Shown piece after piece: positions 24,250 to 36,487 of a stretch of DNA of 64,000 nt. The notes under the pieces are model-generated. The model was not told the DNA's origin, ran no database searches, and saw only the letters and a list, made by a program, of their open reading frames with translations. The stretch's first letter is position 1. Every line of letters starts with the position of its first letter. Made by a program: the position numbers and the translations under genes. The stretch is taken from the NCBI GenBank assembly GCA_029953675.1, contig JAMWBK010000002.1:1426001-1490000 (forward strand), written 5' to 3'. Origin of the DNA: Rhodosorus marinus CCMP1338. Lineage: Eukaryota; Plantae; Rhodophyta.

Positions 24250-24985
24250 TCAATGCAATCTTCAAAACCCAAGCACCGTTAACCTAAAACGGACACATTC
24301 CTGCGACCCGAAAGCTAGTTGACCGTAGTACGAATGTGATTGCACCTAAGCATGGGATGCAATCGTCTGGCAATGAAGGTTCATTCCAGAGAGAGATCGA
24401 CCGCATCTCTGTCGCAGCTAATATCATCTTCGAAACGCGATGTCCGTTATCCCAAAACGGACGCCGACTGGGAACTCAATCTAGTTAACGGTACTCACAT
24501 CCTAAAACCCTTGCGGCCATGCGTGGGAGGCGTAGAGGCAATTGTTTGGCAATGAAGGTTGGCGGTAGAGAGGGACCGATCACATCTCTTTTCCAGCTCA
24601 CGCCATGTTCAAACCCGAGGTCCGGCTTCCCAAAGCAGATGCAGGCCCTCAGCCCTCAAACCAGTTGACCATTAGTACCAGAGCGGTTGTAGCAAAGTAT
24701 GGGAGGCTCTGAGATACAATTGTTCTGCTGTTGCAAAGGTTTGGTGGCGAAGAGAGTGAGGGATCGATTGCATCTCTTTTACAGGTAATGGCATCTTCAT
24801 AACGCGAGGTCCGTTATCCCAAAACGGACGCTGACCAGGAGCTCACAAAAACTAGTTAATAGTACTAACGTACTAAAGCATTTTTCGCGGCCATGCGTCG
24901 CAGACGTTGAGAGGCGTGCCGCGTAAGGTGCAATTGTTTGGCAATGGAAGGTTGGTGGCAGAGAGAGATCGATTGAATCTCTATT
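24250..24985 (+). repeat. Diverged tandem array of four ~170-190-bp units
   Basis: The motif gtccgttatcccaaaacggac and variants recur at about 24274, 24442, 24620 and 24809. caattgtttggcaat(g)aaggtt variants and ag(a/g)ga(t/c)cgaNNNNatctct recur at 24392, 24571, 24759 and 24964. Confidence 0.85.
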
Positions 24986-25286
24986 GGAAGAAGAAATTTT
25001 TGGGGGATTGTGAAGAGCAGATATTTTGGATCGATTCTCATCGCGTTCAAAAACTTGATGCTGGGTGTTTCGGGCACGAAACGTTTGCCAGGTCATGAGG
25101 GAGCTCTTGTCTGGATTGAAACCATCTGTGATAGAAGGTGTGTACGTGATTTGAATCTGTTTTCTGTTGGTGCTATGTGTGGCGTGGGTGGTTTGGATGG
25201 ACGCTAGGATCTTCTGTTGAGTAACGGACTTTTTTGAGTTGACTTGTTTGTTTGGTTTCTGTTTTTGATAAGGGGTGAGTATAAGG

Positions 25287-27060
25287 ATGATTGGTTTTGT
25301 TGGTATTGGATTCGGTGGATTTAGGTTGGGTAGAGGATCTCGTGGTGGCGTATGTGTGTCAGCGAGCGCTGGCGATGGGGTGACTGTCGTGGTTGGAGCG
25401 ACTGGGAGGACGGGTAAGCTGGTTGTGAAGAAATTGCTGTCGGATGGAAGGAGTGGGAAGGTTAGGGCACTGGTGAGGGATGAGGCAAAAGCCCGGGAGC
25501 TTTTGGGAACCAACGAAAGGTTGGAGGTCTCTGTGGTCGACGTGAAGGAGAAGGATGAGAGGCTAGAGAAGTCCTTGGCTGACGCAGAAACGCTGGTAGG
25601 TTTGTCAACATATAAACGCGCGTTTCATGAACGAATCCTGTGAAGGAATCATGAAATTCAGACGTTTGCGAGGAAATTGTTCTAACACCGTTTCCTGCTG
25701 TTTCGTTTCGGCTACTTAGATATCATGTCTGGGGTCAACGGCGATCCCGTCCAAGGATTGGGAAGGAGGGAAAAACTCACCCATCAGGGCGGTTGGCTTG
25801 GGAATGGGCAACATTATTGAATCGCTTACACCAGAAAAAATTCGGAAAGTTGTTGTTCTTTCCTCCGTCGCAACTCGAAATAGGAGCTTCATCTTTAAGG
25901 TGAGTCTGAGCAGAGCGAGCGGAATCCTTGTGTTGTTCGATAGCACATCTCAGCCCCGTCTTCTTCTTTCCAGCTGGTTGATCTTATTGGCGGTGCATGG
26001 ACGGCAATGGAGATGGCAGAAGATGCCGTGATTGCAGGCGCCGCGGAGAAAGGATACGAGTACGTCGTAGTCCATGCGCCTGTGCTCAAGGACGAAGGTC
26101 CTCCTGTACAAGGAGTCGGAATTAAGTTAGGCGACGTTGGAAAGTCCATTGGCCCGGTAAGGTTGGATTGAAGGGACAAGAAGAAGCAATGAAACTATGC
26201 GTGATTTCTCGTTGATGTTTTCGTGCACGCCCTAGCATGTGCCGACAGGGGACTCGCTGTTATCCGCTCCCGAACATCCTTGTGCGAATGTCACCGGGTG
26301 GATGACGGGGATATCTCGAGTTCCAGCTTGACTCACAAATGCGAGTACTGCTTTTCGTTTTTACGGTTTTGTCCACCCAGTTGCGAAGGGAAAACGCCGC
26401 CAATGTTTGCGTTGAATGTGCTCTACGAGATCTAGGGGATGTTGTTGATATCTCACCCTACGGAGTTGCTGATGAGACCACTGAGGATTGGGACGTACTT
26501 TTTGAGGAACTAACCGAGTGTCCAGTGGTCTTGAAGCTAGAATTTTCGTCTCTGAACAAGGAAAAGTTTCAGGTGTGCAATGACCTATGAGGTCGTGTCT
26601 CAAGGCTCGGCTCAAGACCTCGCTGTCGAACTATTGACGCTCACTTCTTTTGTGTTGCTTCTACTCTCTGAAGAACTGGCTTCTGGATTGGGCATCTGCA
26701 TTGCCTACAAACTCTGCACTGTTTCCTCCTTTGCCGGTGCCCTTCAGAGTTGATCCTACGGATGAAGGAGCTCGGTTGGCTTTCATCAGGGTTACCGTCG
26801 ATGGTGGCGTCCTAGAGCTTGGAGCCTTGAATATTGCACTGGAAGAGAGTGCTCTAGTTGTCCGACGGGAGCCAGCCACAAGGGTAAGCAGAAGCTTTGG
26901 AATTTATTGGCAGTTTGCAAAGGGGAACGAGTCTTACCAGACCTGCCAGTTTCTTAAAATATTTTGGTCCTTGTCCTGTGTGTGTTAGGAATTCGCACTA
27001 CCCGGAGAGAGGGACATTCTACGGCTTCTTGTGGAATCCCTGGACAGGGTTGTGAACTGA
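25287..27060 (+). CDS. Plastid-targeted atypical SDR (NAD(P)-binding Rossmann, TIC62/NmrA-like) fused to a conserved uncharacterised plastid-lineage domain; 6 exons
   Basis: Transit peptide MIGFVGIGFGG, then VVVGATGRTGKLVV..KVRALVRD, ISCLGS, VVVLSSV and LRRENAANVCVECAL. In-frame GT-AG splicing continues to KFQ|NWLLDWASAL..PLPVPFRVD..GARLAF..ATR|EFALPGERDILRLLVESL, with TGA ending at 27060. Confidence 0.75.
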
Positions 27061-27072
27061 GCGGGGAGTAAT

Positions 27073-27706
27073 CTAGTGAGCTTCTTGCGATTTGCTGGGA
27101 TGCACAACTGTCACCGGGCAATTCGTATGGTGAACAACGTAGTCTGACACTGAGCCGAGCCCCGCCAGCTCCATAAGGTGTCCTTTCATGGAGCCCAAGC
27201 CTCTCGTGCCAAGTACTACAAGATCGGCGTTGTGTTTCTCGGCGTGGCTCACGATGCAACCACCTACCGATCTGTTGTCGGATGTTCCTTCGGGAAAAAT
27301 TGCCTCAGAAGTGTGCTCCTCGGGAATTCCTGCATCTTGAACCATTTTCCGTAACCCAGTCATAAAGCCATCCACTCGCCGGTGTATCTAAACGGAAGCG
27401 GATCAAATTTCAGCCTAATGTGGACAAGTCTGATAAACGCAATCGTGTGGAATTCTTTGCGAGACTCACCCCTTCGACTGAGTTCTCCTTTGCAACTTTG
27501 TCAATACTCCCTGAAAATAGCATTGGATCGATCACAGGATAGTCTGCAAACGAACCGTCGAGCATGGATATGTTGCCACCCACCAGCTTCGCCACATGCA
27601 GCAACGTAACATGATCCTCTTTCGGCCTGACCACATTTTTCAAGGCCCAGGAAACAGCGTTCTTCGAGCAAGGGGACTCGTCCACAGAGATTACAATGTT
27701 TCTCAT
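27073..27706 (-). CDS. Universal stress protein A-like (USP); 2 exons
   Basis: MRNIVISVDESPCSKNAVSWAL..VTLLHV in exon 1. ADLVVLGTRGLG..LGSVSDYVVHHTNCPVTVV in exon 2. Confidence 0.93.
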
Positions 27707-28472
27707 GTTTAGTTTTCAGCTTCTGTCGAGATTAATCGAAACCACTTCTTTCAACTCAACACTCAACCCGTGCCTTCCCCTCTTCCCAACTGCCGTCCAT
27801 CACTTTGCTTCTCTACTCATATCTGACCAATGCCCGGACACGATAGACGGAGATATGGGAAGGAAAGTATCGGGACACTGGTCATCTTATTATTGGCAAT
27901 TTTAACAGCCGGGACACGTGCTATAGTATTATTAGTTTAAAATAGTTTGTAGAACACTTGTAGTTGTATTGTTGGATGTTACCAACTCGTACTCAAAGTT
28001 TACTCAAAACTAGAAAAAGAAGACCTGAGCATGGAGGACAATCATTATTCGCCCAAACGCTTGTTGGTTGGATAATAATTGATTGATATCTGTAGCCAAG
28101 GACGAGGACGGAGCAGAATAAGGACTTTTTCTGAAAATTAAGAAGTATATCAAATTAGTTTCCTAAAAACATTATTATTTACTCGAGTGTGCGCCAATAT
28201 TAGAGAGAATTAGATCATCATGATGTGTCAGGACGGTGTTGCTTACTCGCCTCCTTAGCGTGGCTTGCACTTCGGTCACATTTGCAAGACAGCCGCGATT
28301 TGAATTGGTATAACATGTTATCTTCTAGCTCAATAGACAAGAACATGAATATAGACGATGCAAGCTTTACTCTCATTCACGGCAAGAAATCCGAAGTATC
28401 CAGTACCACATCTCGATTCCCTCAGTGTCATATCGTCCGTAGCTCGCAGAGTATTGAAAGCCTCACCAAACA

Positions 28473-28704
28473 TCAGCACACTAAAGAAAAGTCACACACG
28501 TACGCAGCACAAACGTGACTCGAAAAAGGGTCGAAATCTAGAGCGAAATACTTGGACAACCCGAGGAAGGCAATCCGCGCACATGAGAAGAGTACTAGGG
28601 TTCCTCCCAAGGGTGCCGTGAAATAACAGATGGCGGTAATTAATTGGTCGACGGTCATCAAAATAGATTGAATCAATCATATATACTTTTGAGGGCGTCG
28701 GCAA
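28473..28704 (-). mobile_element. Possible decayed Ty3/gypsy integrase core fragment
   Basis: Two frames give integrase-like strings: LPTPSKVYMIDSIYFD, and QSILMTVDQLITAICYF..GLSKYFALDFDPFSSHV (compare ILVVVDRLTK.AHF and G.P..IVSDRDP.FTS). The fragment is frameshifted and short. Confidence 0.3.
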
Positions 28705-29314
28705 TTGGCTACCTTCGACTGATTTTTCCGGTTAGTCATTTACCGTCGTTGACCCTCAGCCTCGGTTACTGCCCACTGTTCATCAAGGGAAGCAGCGCCT
28801 ACTTGATTAGATAAAATTGTATGAGATCAGCAATAAATAGTCCTTTCTAGTTTGGTCATGGACGGAAATTGTTCGGCTCGTCTCGGCTACCAGTTGTCCC
28901 TAATCAGCATGCATTAGCCGCGAGATCCGGAATGGAGTCCGTGAAGCTACTGCCACGTGACATAAGCGTTTTCGATATTAAACTCTCCAGATTCTTAACG
29001 ATACTGTACGGATTCACCTAAAATTCGAACTAAGGATCAGGTATTAGGTCCTGAGTGGAAAACTCTTTGCTGCAAACCTTTGAAAACAGTCCAGAATCGA
29101 GAGAAAATGATGTTCCTCTTCCCTCTGCTCGATGACGCTGCTGGTAATGAAAGGTTTGAGATGCCATCGAGGGAGATTGATGAATCAGTTTAGTTAGGCT
29201 TTCTAGACTCTATTGGTGATAATTGCGAGGCCTATTCTCGTTGATTTGAGTACTAAGCATCTAGAGAAGCTCTTCAGTTGTTGGGAGGTTTGGCAGGTTG
29301 TTCTGCTTGCCGGC

Positions 29315-32300
29315 ATGGAGGTGGGTGAGCTTCCTGAGAGACTTTCGTTTCCTCAGGAAGAGGAGAATGTTCAAAAGTATTGGGAGCGGATTGAGGCGTT
29401 TGAGAAGTCGAATGAACTGAGTAAAGGGAAGAAGGTTTTCTCGTTCTACGACGGTCCTCCTTTCGCGACTGGATTGCCCCATTATGGGCATATACTTGCG
29501 GTAAGGATTGAGCTGGTCAGATCCAGAGGTGGATGTTCTAGAAGTCGTATTTTCGCACCGGAAAGTCTGAGTTTTTGTATTCTGTGCTGTTATTTGCTGC
29601 TTGCAGGGAACGATAAAGGACGTGGTGACCAGATATGCTTACCAGACTGGCCATCATGTCGAGAGGCGGTTTGGATGGGATTGCCATGGATTGCCGAGTA
29701 AGTCGCTCTATTGTACTGCATGAGGTTTCAATGGTTACCGTCTCGCCCATGCAGAAAACATATTTAACATGCGCTTCTCCCTAAACTGCGATCAGTTGAG
29801 TTCGAGATTGAGCAGGCTTTGGGAATCAAAACGAAGGAGGACGTGCTCAAGTTCGGTATTGGAAACTACAACAAGGAGTGTCGCCAGATTGTTATGAGAT
29901 TTGCTGGAGAATGGGAGCGAATTGTGAAGCGTTTGGGAAGGTGGATCGATTTCGAGAATGACTACAAGACTCTCAGCACATCATACATGGAGAGCGTTTG
30001 GTGGGTTTTCAAGCAGCTGCACGAAAAGGGTCTCGTTTACAGGGGATTTAAGGTGAGTTTGTCCGAGGGGAAGACAATTTCACTCATTCATCAAAGTCGA
30101 GAATTTTTGAATCCTCTTTATTCCTCGTTTCGTCAGGTTATGCCGTACTCAACTGGTTGCACAACTCCGCTCTCCAACTTTGAAGCCAATCTCAACTACA
30201 AGGACGTACAAGATCCAGCTGTTACTGTTGCATTTCCCTTAAAAGACGATCCAAATACATTGCTACTGGCCTGGACTACGACGCCATGGACTCTCCCTTC
30301 CAACATGATGCTTTGTGTCAACGCGGGAATGTCGTACATTAAGATTCTCGATGAGAAGACACAGAATACATATGTTTTGGCTGAATCTAGACTCGTACAA
30401 TTGTATAAGGATCCAAAGAAGGCGAAGTTTACGGTTCTGGAAAAGTACAAGGGTAAGTTATGAGATCAATTTCATCATCTCCCGCAAATTTGGGACAGAC
30501 ACCGACAGACCTCCACACAGCTCTGACGCGGTTCCATACTCTGATGCCGGGGCAGGTTCGGATATGGTGGGTTGGAAATATGAGCCATTGTTCGACTATT
30601 TTGTACCAGAGTACGGCGATCGAGCCTTTTTCTTGGTTAGCGACGATTACGTAACTGATGACTCAGGAACAGGGATCGTTCATCAAGCGCCGGCATTCGG
30701 AGAGGATGATTACCGGGTTTGCGTTGCTGTGGGCGCTGTTGACAAGTCAGAACTGCCCTGTCCGGTTGATGAGAGCGGCCGATTCCTGGAGGTAGGAATC
30801 CAAGGACGCAACTGCTGCGCCGCTTTATCGTGGCTGTGTTTGGCGCCCTCGACCTTAGCATGATCCCAATCGTTTTCTCCTTTCTTTTCGCAGCCTGTGC
30901 ATGAATTTGTTGGAGTGTACGTGAAGGAAGCTGACAAACCCATCGTCAATGAAATCAAGAAGAAGGGAAGAATCGTGAAGAACGAGCAATTTTTCCACTC
31001 ATATCCATTCTGCTGGAGATCTGAAACGCCTCTCATCTACAAGGCAGTACCAGCATGGTTTGTTAAAGCGGAGGAGCTCAAGGACAAGTTGATAGAGAAC
31101 AACCTCAAGTCTTCATGGGTTCCCAAGTTTGTGCAGACGAACCGCTTCGGCAATTGGCTTGAGAACGTTCGGGATTGGAACGTTTCTAGGAATCGGTATT
31201 GGGGGACGCCATTGCCAATTTGGACGAACGAGGAGCACACAGAACGGCTTGTGATCGGGTCAGTAGAAGAACTGGAAAAGCTCTGTGGTAAGAGTGGTAT
31301 AACTGACATCCATAGAGAGAACATCGACGATCTGGAGATTGTGAACCCAGAAACCGGAAACGTATTGAAACGTGTGGAGGAGGTGAATTTCTTTGCTGCA
31401 CGTCCTCCGCGAGATTATCGTACTCCTGTGATTTCTTCTCACATACCGGCTTTCGTTCAATGCTACAGGTTTTCGACTGCTGGTTCGAATCTGGATCGAT
31501 GCCGTACGCTTCGATTCACTACCCTTTCACCGAAGAAGCTAGAAACTACTTTGGAAAGGCCTTCCCCGCTGATTTTATCGCTGAGGGACTGGATCAAACT
31601 CGTGGATGGTTCTACACGCTCACAGTTTTAGCGACAGCCCTTTACGACAAGCCGGCGTTTAAGAACTGTATTGTAAATGGGCTCGTCCTGGCGGAGGATG
31701 GCAAGAAAATGTCAAAACGGTTGAAGAATTATCCGGACCCTATGACGGTTGTAAACGAACATGGCTCCGATGCGTTGAGACTGTATCTGATCAACTCTCC
31801 CGTCGTTAGAGCAGAACCACTGCGCTTCAGGGAAGCAGGGGTTCGGGACGTCGTCAAGTATGAACGAGTACCCCTTCTTGACTGTCTCCACAGTTGTGCT
31901 GAAAGCAAGGAGAATTTCCGCTGAGACATTCCTCTTTGGGATTTTGTTTTTGTTTTGTCATTTCTCTCAGGGAGATAATGTTGCCCTGGTTCAATGCTTA
32001 TAGATTCTTCATCCAGAATGCCAAGCATCTGGAATTTGAAACGGGGGTATCCATCAAGGTTGGTACACACACTGCTAAGGAGATGAGCTCCCGGAACCCG
32101 ATGGACCACTGGGTCATGTCCAGTTTGGGATCGCTCATCCATTTTGTGAGGCAGGAGATGGCCGCGTATCGCTTGTTTACCGTAGTACCGAGGTTAGTCC
32201 ATTTCATCGAGGACTTGACGAATTGGTATGTACGTCTTAACAGACCGCGCTTGAAGGGTGCAATCTCACTGGATGATTGGAGAATTGGCCTTGAGAATCT

Positions 32301-33740
32301 CGCGGATGTTCTACTCGCGCTCTCTCGATTGATGGCGTCGTTTACGCCGTTTTTCTCCGAGTACACGTATCAAAACCTGAAAAGCTGTGCACCAGGTAAG
32401 CTGCATAACGAACAGTGTTTCCGACAATGTGGTTGACATCCAGACTCTCAACCGCGCTTGCTCTGTCTTTTTCATGTTGTTTACCCGACGGCGATGCCGC
32501 CTTTTCAGAGTCTCTCCAATCCGAGTCAGTGCATTTCCTAATGGTTCCAGAGCTACGAGATGATGTCGTTGATGAAACCTTCGAAGCGGCGGTGGGCAGA
32601 ATGCAAGAGGCCATTACTCTTGGTCGGGTTGCGAGGGAGCGCAGAAACGTTTCGGTCAAGCAGCCTCTATGCAAGATTACGCTGGTTCACAGAGATCAGA
32701 CTGTACTCGACAGCGTGATGTCTCTGGAATCATATGTTAAGTCCGAGTTGAACGTGCAGGAGGTCGTTTACTCGACACTCGAGTCTGAGTTTGTGGTTTT
32801 GAAAGCGGATGCAGATGGAAAGATCCTAGGGAAGAAGCTTGGGAAGAGTTTCGCGAAGGTGCACAAAGCGGTACGGAGCATGACGTCCGACCAGGTGCAG
32901 GGCCTTGAAAGAAGCGGAAGCGTAGAAATTGAAGGACACAAGATCGAAGCTTGCGATATAAGGATTACAAGAGATCTTGCCCCAAGCTTGAAGGATCAAG
33001 CGGAACATCTAGAGACGGTAAGTTTGGGACTGTGAGCAAGGGAGGGGCGAACTCGTGTCCACAACCTTACAGATCTAAAACGTTTCTGTGTTTAGGCCTT
33101 CACCGGCGGGCACAGTGGCCTTCTCGCGCTGTTGGATCTGCAGGTCGATGAGGAACTTGAGGAGCAGGGTACTTGCCGAGAAGTTGTCAACCGGGTTCAA
33201 AAACTTCGAAAACATTGTGGGTTGAACCCGAAAAATCGGATCGAGGTCTATTATGAGACGAGCGACGCAAAGCTTGGGGGTATCATAGCTCGTCGGGCAG
33301 CAGAAATAGGAAATACGTTGAAGTCTCCCCCTTTGCTAGGTGAGTATGGAGTGGATTCCGTCACTCGATGACTATCTGTCCTCAATATCATTACTTCATC
33401 GCTCGTGGTACCAACAGAACTGAAGCACCTGTCTCCCAAGGCGGTTGTTTATAGTGAGACTGAAACTATAATTGGCTCCAGTACTCTACAGCTATGCATG
33501 GTCCGTGCTGCCCCCTACCCGAGCGTGGCTAGGCTCGCTGAAACGCCTTCTGCGACAACGGACTCTGCGACGTGCGCGGCATCCTACATTCTTGCTCGAG
33601 AGTCCGGTGCACTTCACGAGTTGATGGAACAGCTGCAAACAACTAAGATCAGCATCGATGACGTTGAGTACGAGCTGAAACCAGGGTACAATGTGTTTAA
33701 GAGCAACTCTGAACGACTAGCAGCCGGAGCACCCCCATGA
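29315..33740 (+). CDS. IARS1: Cytosolic isoleucyl-tRNA synthetase; about 11 exons
   Basis: [16 protein letters not shown] (HIGH), [73 protein letters not shown] and [10 protein letters not shown], plus the eukaryotic C-terminal extension [12 protein letters not shown]. Confidence 0.98.
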
Positions 33741-34141
33741 AAGCGTCTCCTCTACTAGAGCGAAGCGGCTCTGTCACCACCTCTCTCTTTCCTATTGAAT
33801 AGTCGCTCCAGATTTGTACACCATAGAGATCTCATGCTGAACCCTTTAAAGCTTTGTTTCACATACGTCTTCTACTGTCCTTCAAATTCAGTCAGGCATC
33901 TGTACGGTCGATTCAGACAAAGGCACGAGTCTGTACGGTCGCTACTCCGAAGTTAGTTATGATCAACCCGTCCACTGTCCATCTATGAGCAAATTCACTC
34001 ACCCCGAAGCTTTCAAGAACATGACATTGTAAACCAACTCTGGACTAGCGCAGCCCTCTAGGATGTCCATACCACCCAGCAGCGCCATGTGCGCTCTCAC
34101 GCCGTGGTTTACGTTCAATTCATGACTACTCGGGTCGGAAT

Positions 34142-35332
34142 TCAGGATGCAGCTGAAATCATAAAGACAATGGGAAGGATTTCAGCCCCTATTTGATTCA
34201 ATTGAGCTTGATTCACCAAATTCATTGCTGTTTCTCTCGACTGGAAGTGAAGAGCCTTGCACCGACCTCTGCTTTCAGACAGCTGAAGTCAGTACCGATC
34301 CATACCGAACCTACCTAACGGAGTGTCTTCAGCGGCAGATCAAATGTTGGGCAACGTACGTACCAAGTCTCCATATCGTTTGCCCACAAGTGGTCCAGAA
34401 AGGTCAGGAGCCGCCTATGATCAGCCATACTGTGCGTATTTCGACAGATTTGTTTAGAGATTGCCAGCATTCTCGCTGCTGTCGTCCGGTTCTGGGGAAC
34501 ATTCCCTGCAGCGGAGACGGATTCCGCTTCTTCTTGTTCAGCCCTTCTAAGTCTCTGCACATTTATCCCAGACGGTGGGATCATTCGGAGCTCTTCCCAC
34601 GGCAGATCGAGCTGCTTCATCCATTCGTGTGTATAAACGGCTTCTTCATAACAGCCATGACTTGATGCTATTGCTACGTCGTTCTCTGCTTCCTCTTGAA
34701 ATCCTAGAGTTCGAAGCACTGTCGCACAATGCTTCGTCTCCAGTGGGTAAAACGGTACCTAAGAGAATTTCCCGAAGAGGATTCGGTGAGCTGGGCATCC
34801 AAAAACGATTTCCCGATCTGTTTGCCCAGTAGCTCACCTTGTAAGCGCGGAGTCCATTCCTGAAAAGATCTTTGTCTGTTTCTGAAAAATATATTTGCAT
34901 CATGCCTTGATCTGCTGCGGATACTACCGCGTTTCGGATCGACGACTTTTCTAGAAGTGAATCACACATTGCAAATCCACTCGGTAGGTTGGTCTTTGGA
35001 AGTCTATCTCCTACGTTTTGGAGCCAATTTCTGACAACTCTCTCCCTATCTCCCTCAACGAAGACTCTATACATGTCAAGCATTCCCAGATCATGCATTC
35101 TGGTCAGCAACCACTTGGCGACAACTTTTTTCCCAGTTCCATCTGGTCCAATAAATAAAAGCCTCTGAGGCACTCCCCTTTCACTTCCTAGCAGCGATTC
35201 CAATGCATTCACTGCCTCGGCTTGCCCAATATCAAGCAGTCGCGCACTCAGAACACATCGATTCCTCACATGTGTCCCTCGCGCCCTGCTCCGGGCCCAG
35301 TCGCCTCTCCATGGAGTTGCAAACGACGTCAT
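34142..35332 (-). CDS. Plastid-targeted clamp-loader-family AAA+ protein resembling cyanobacterial DNA polymerase III delta-prime (HolB); 3 exons
   Basis: Transit-peptide-like MTSFATPWRGDWARSRAR..RCVLSARL, then IGQAEAVNALESLL..PQRLLFIGPDGTGKKVVAKWL. The spliced junction reads LFRNGLRAYK|VPFYPL, followed by VAIASSHGCYEEA and MLAISKQI..RLLTFLDHLW. The last exon ends in TGA at 34142. Confidence 0.6.
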
Positions 35333-35777
35333 TGCGCATTAAAAAAATTCCACGAATCGCGCTCTAGACCCCCATTTTCATCAGTCTCTGTCTCCAAACT
35401 GTAACTGGCTTCACCATCCCAACCGGACGAAAAGAATAGATTCCATCTGCAAAAAGCTGATCTCATAGCTTTCAGTGAGAGCTCGAACCATTGCCTACGG
35501 CTTAGGTTTGGCTCAGTAGTTACTAACTGTACGTTTGCATTAGAAGCGTTTTTGTTTACCCTTCGGTCGTCTGAAAAGACTTTTAAGGACATCAGCTAGG
35601 ACACTACTGATCTACATGTAGATCCATAGAATCTAGCAGCCTGTTGTGACCGCGGAACGCGTGGACATCTATCTGTTAAGCGGGCGTCGAGCTACAAGGA
35701 AACCCCTTCGAACCTGGCGTTCAGTATGGACAAAGTGAAGCTGGAGACAACGTCAAAAGACAAAACGTTGGTGCGCT

Positions 35778-35961
35778 CGCGTAAGTGGTGAAATCAATAT
35801 ACTGAAAGCTACCTCTCCTCCCAGGAACAAACAAAGAAATCACAAGGTAGCCACAAACTCAACCAAGCACGCGTAGGTGGTGAAATCAATATACTGAAAG
35901 CTACCTCTCCTCCCAGGAACAAACAAAGAAATCACAAGGTAGCCACAAACTCAACCAAGCA
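35778..35961. repeat. Near-perfect 92-bp tandem duplication (2 copies, 1 mismatch)
   Basis: cgcgta(a/g)gtggtgaaatcaatatactgaaagc...aactcaaccaagca at 35778-35869 and 35870-35961. Confidence 0.95.
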
Positions 35962-36487
35962 CCAAACCCCCAGCCCTCCTCTTCCTCATCAAAAACGATC
36001 TGGATCGGGGGGGCCATTGCGCGACCTAGACTGCCAAATACAAGCCACTATGAACCTTGACCAGTAGGCAATCCCTATAGAGGGCTGTCCCCTAAGACTA
36101 GCTCCCTGAGCAGTATCTGAGAGCCTGGACCAAGCCAAAAGAACTTAACAGCCTCCACCCCTCCCTCCGCAATCCAATCTCACAGGAGTCGGACTACTCT
36201 TCGTAACAACAAAACAGCCTCTGCAAGGTATACTCAGGTAAGCAAGCACCTTTTGCCCCCTTTTCACCTTTTTTCGACTAAATCTAGTAGGCACAGAAGC
36301 TAAAATTAAGGAAATCCAAGAAATACTCAATACTCCGAGATAGAGCCAAAACGGAATATAGCCCATTCTTCAAAGATAGGACGCTATCAAATCTGTCCAG
36401 AAGGGGATCAGTACTAAATGCTCCAAATACTCCTCTCCTAGTTCCTAAAACGACAACCCTTGTCACTCAGCAACTCTCAAATCGTGC

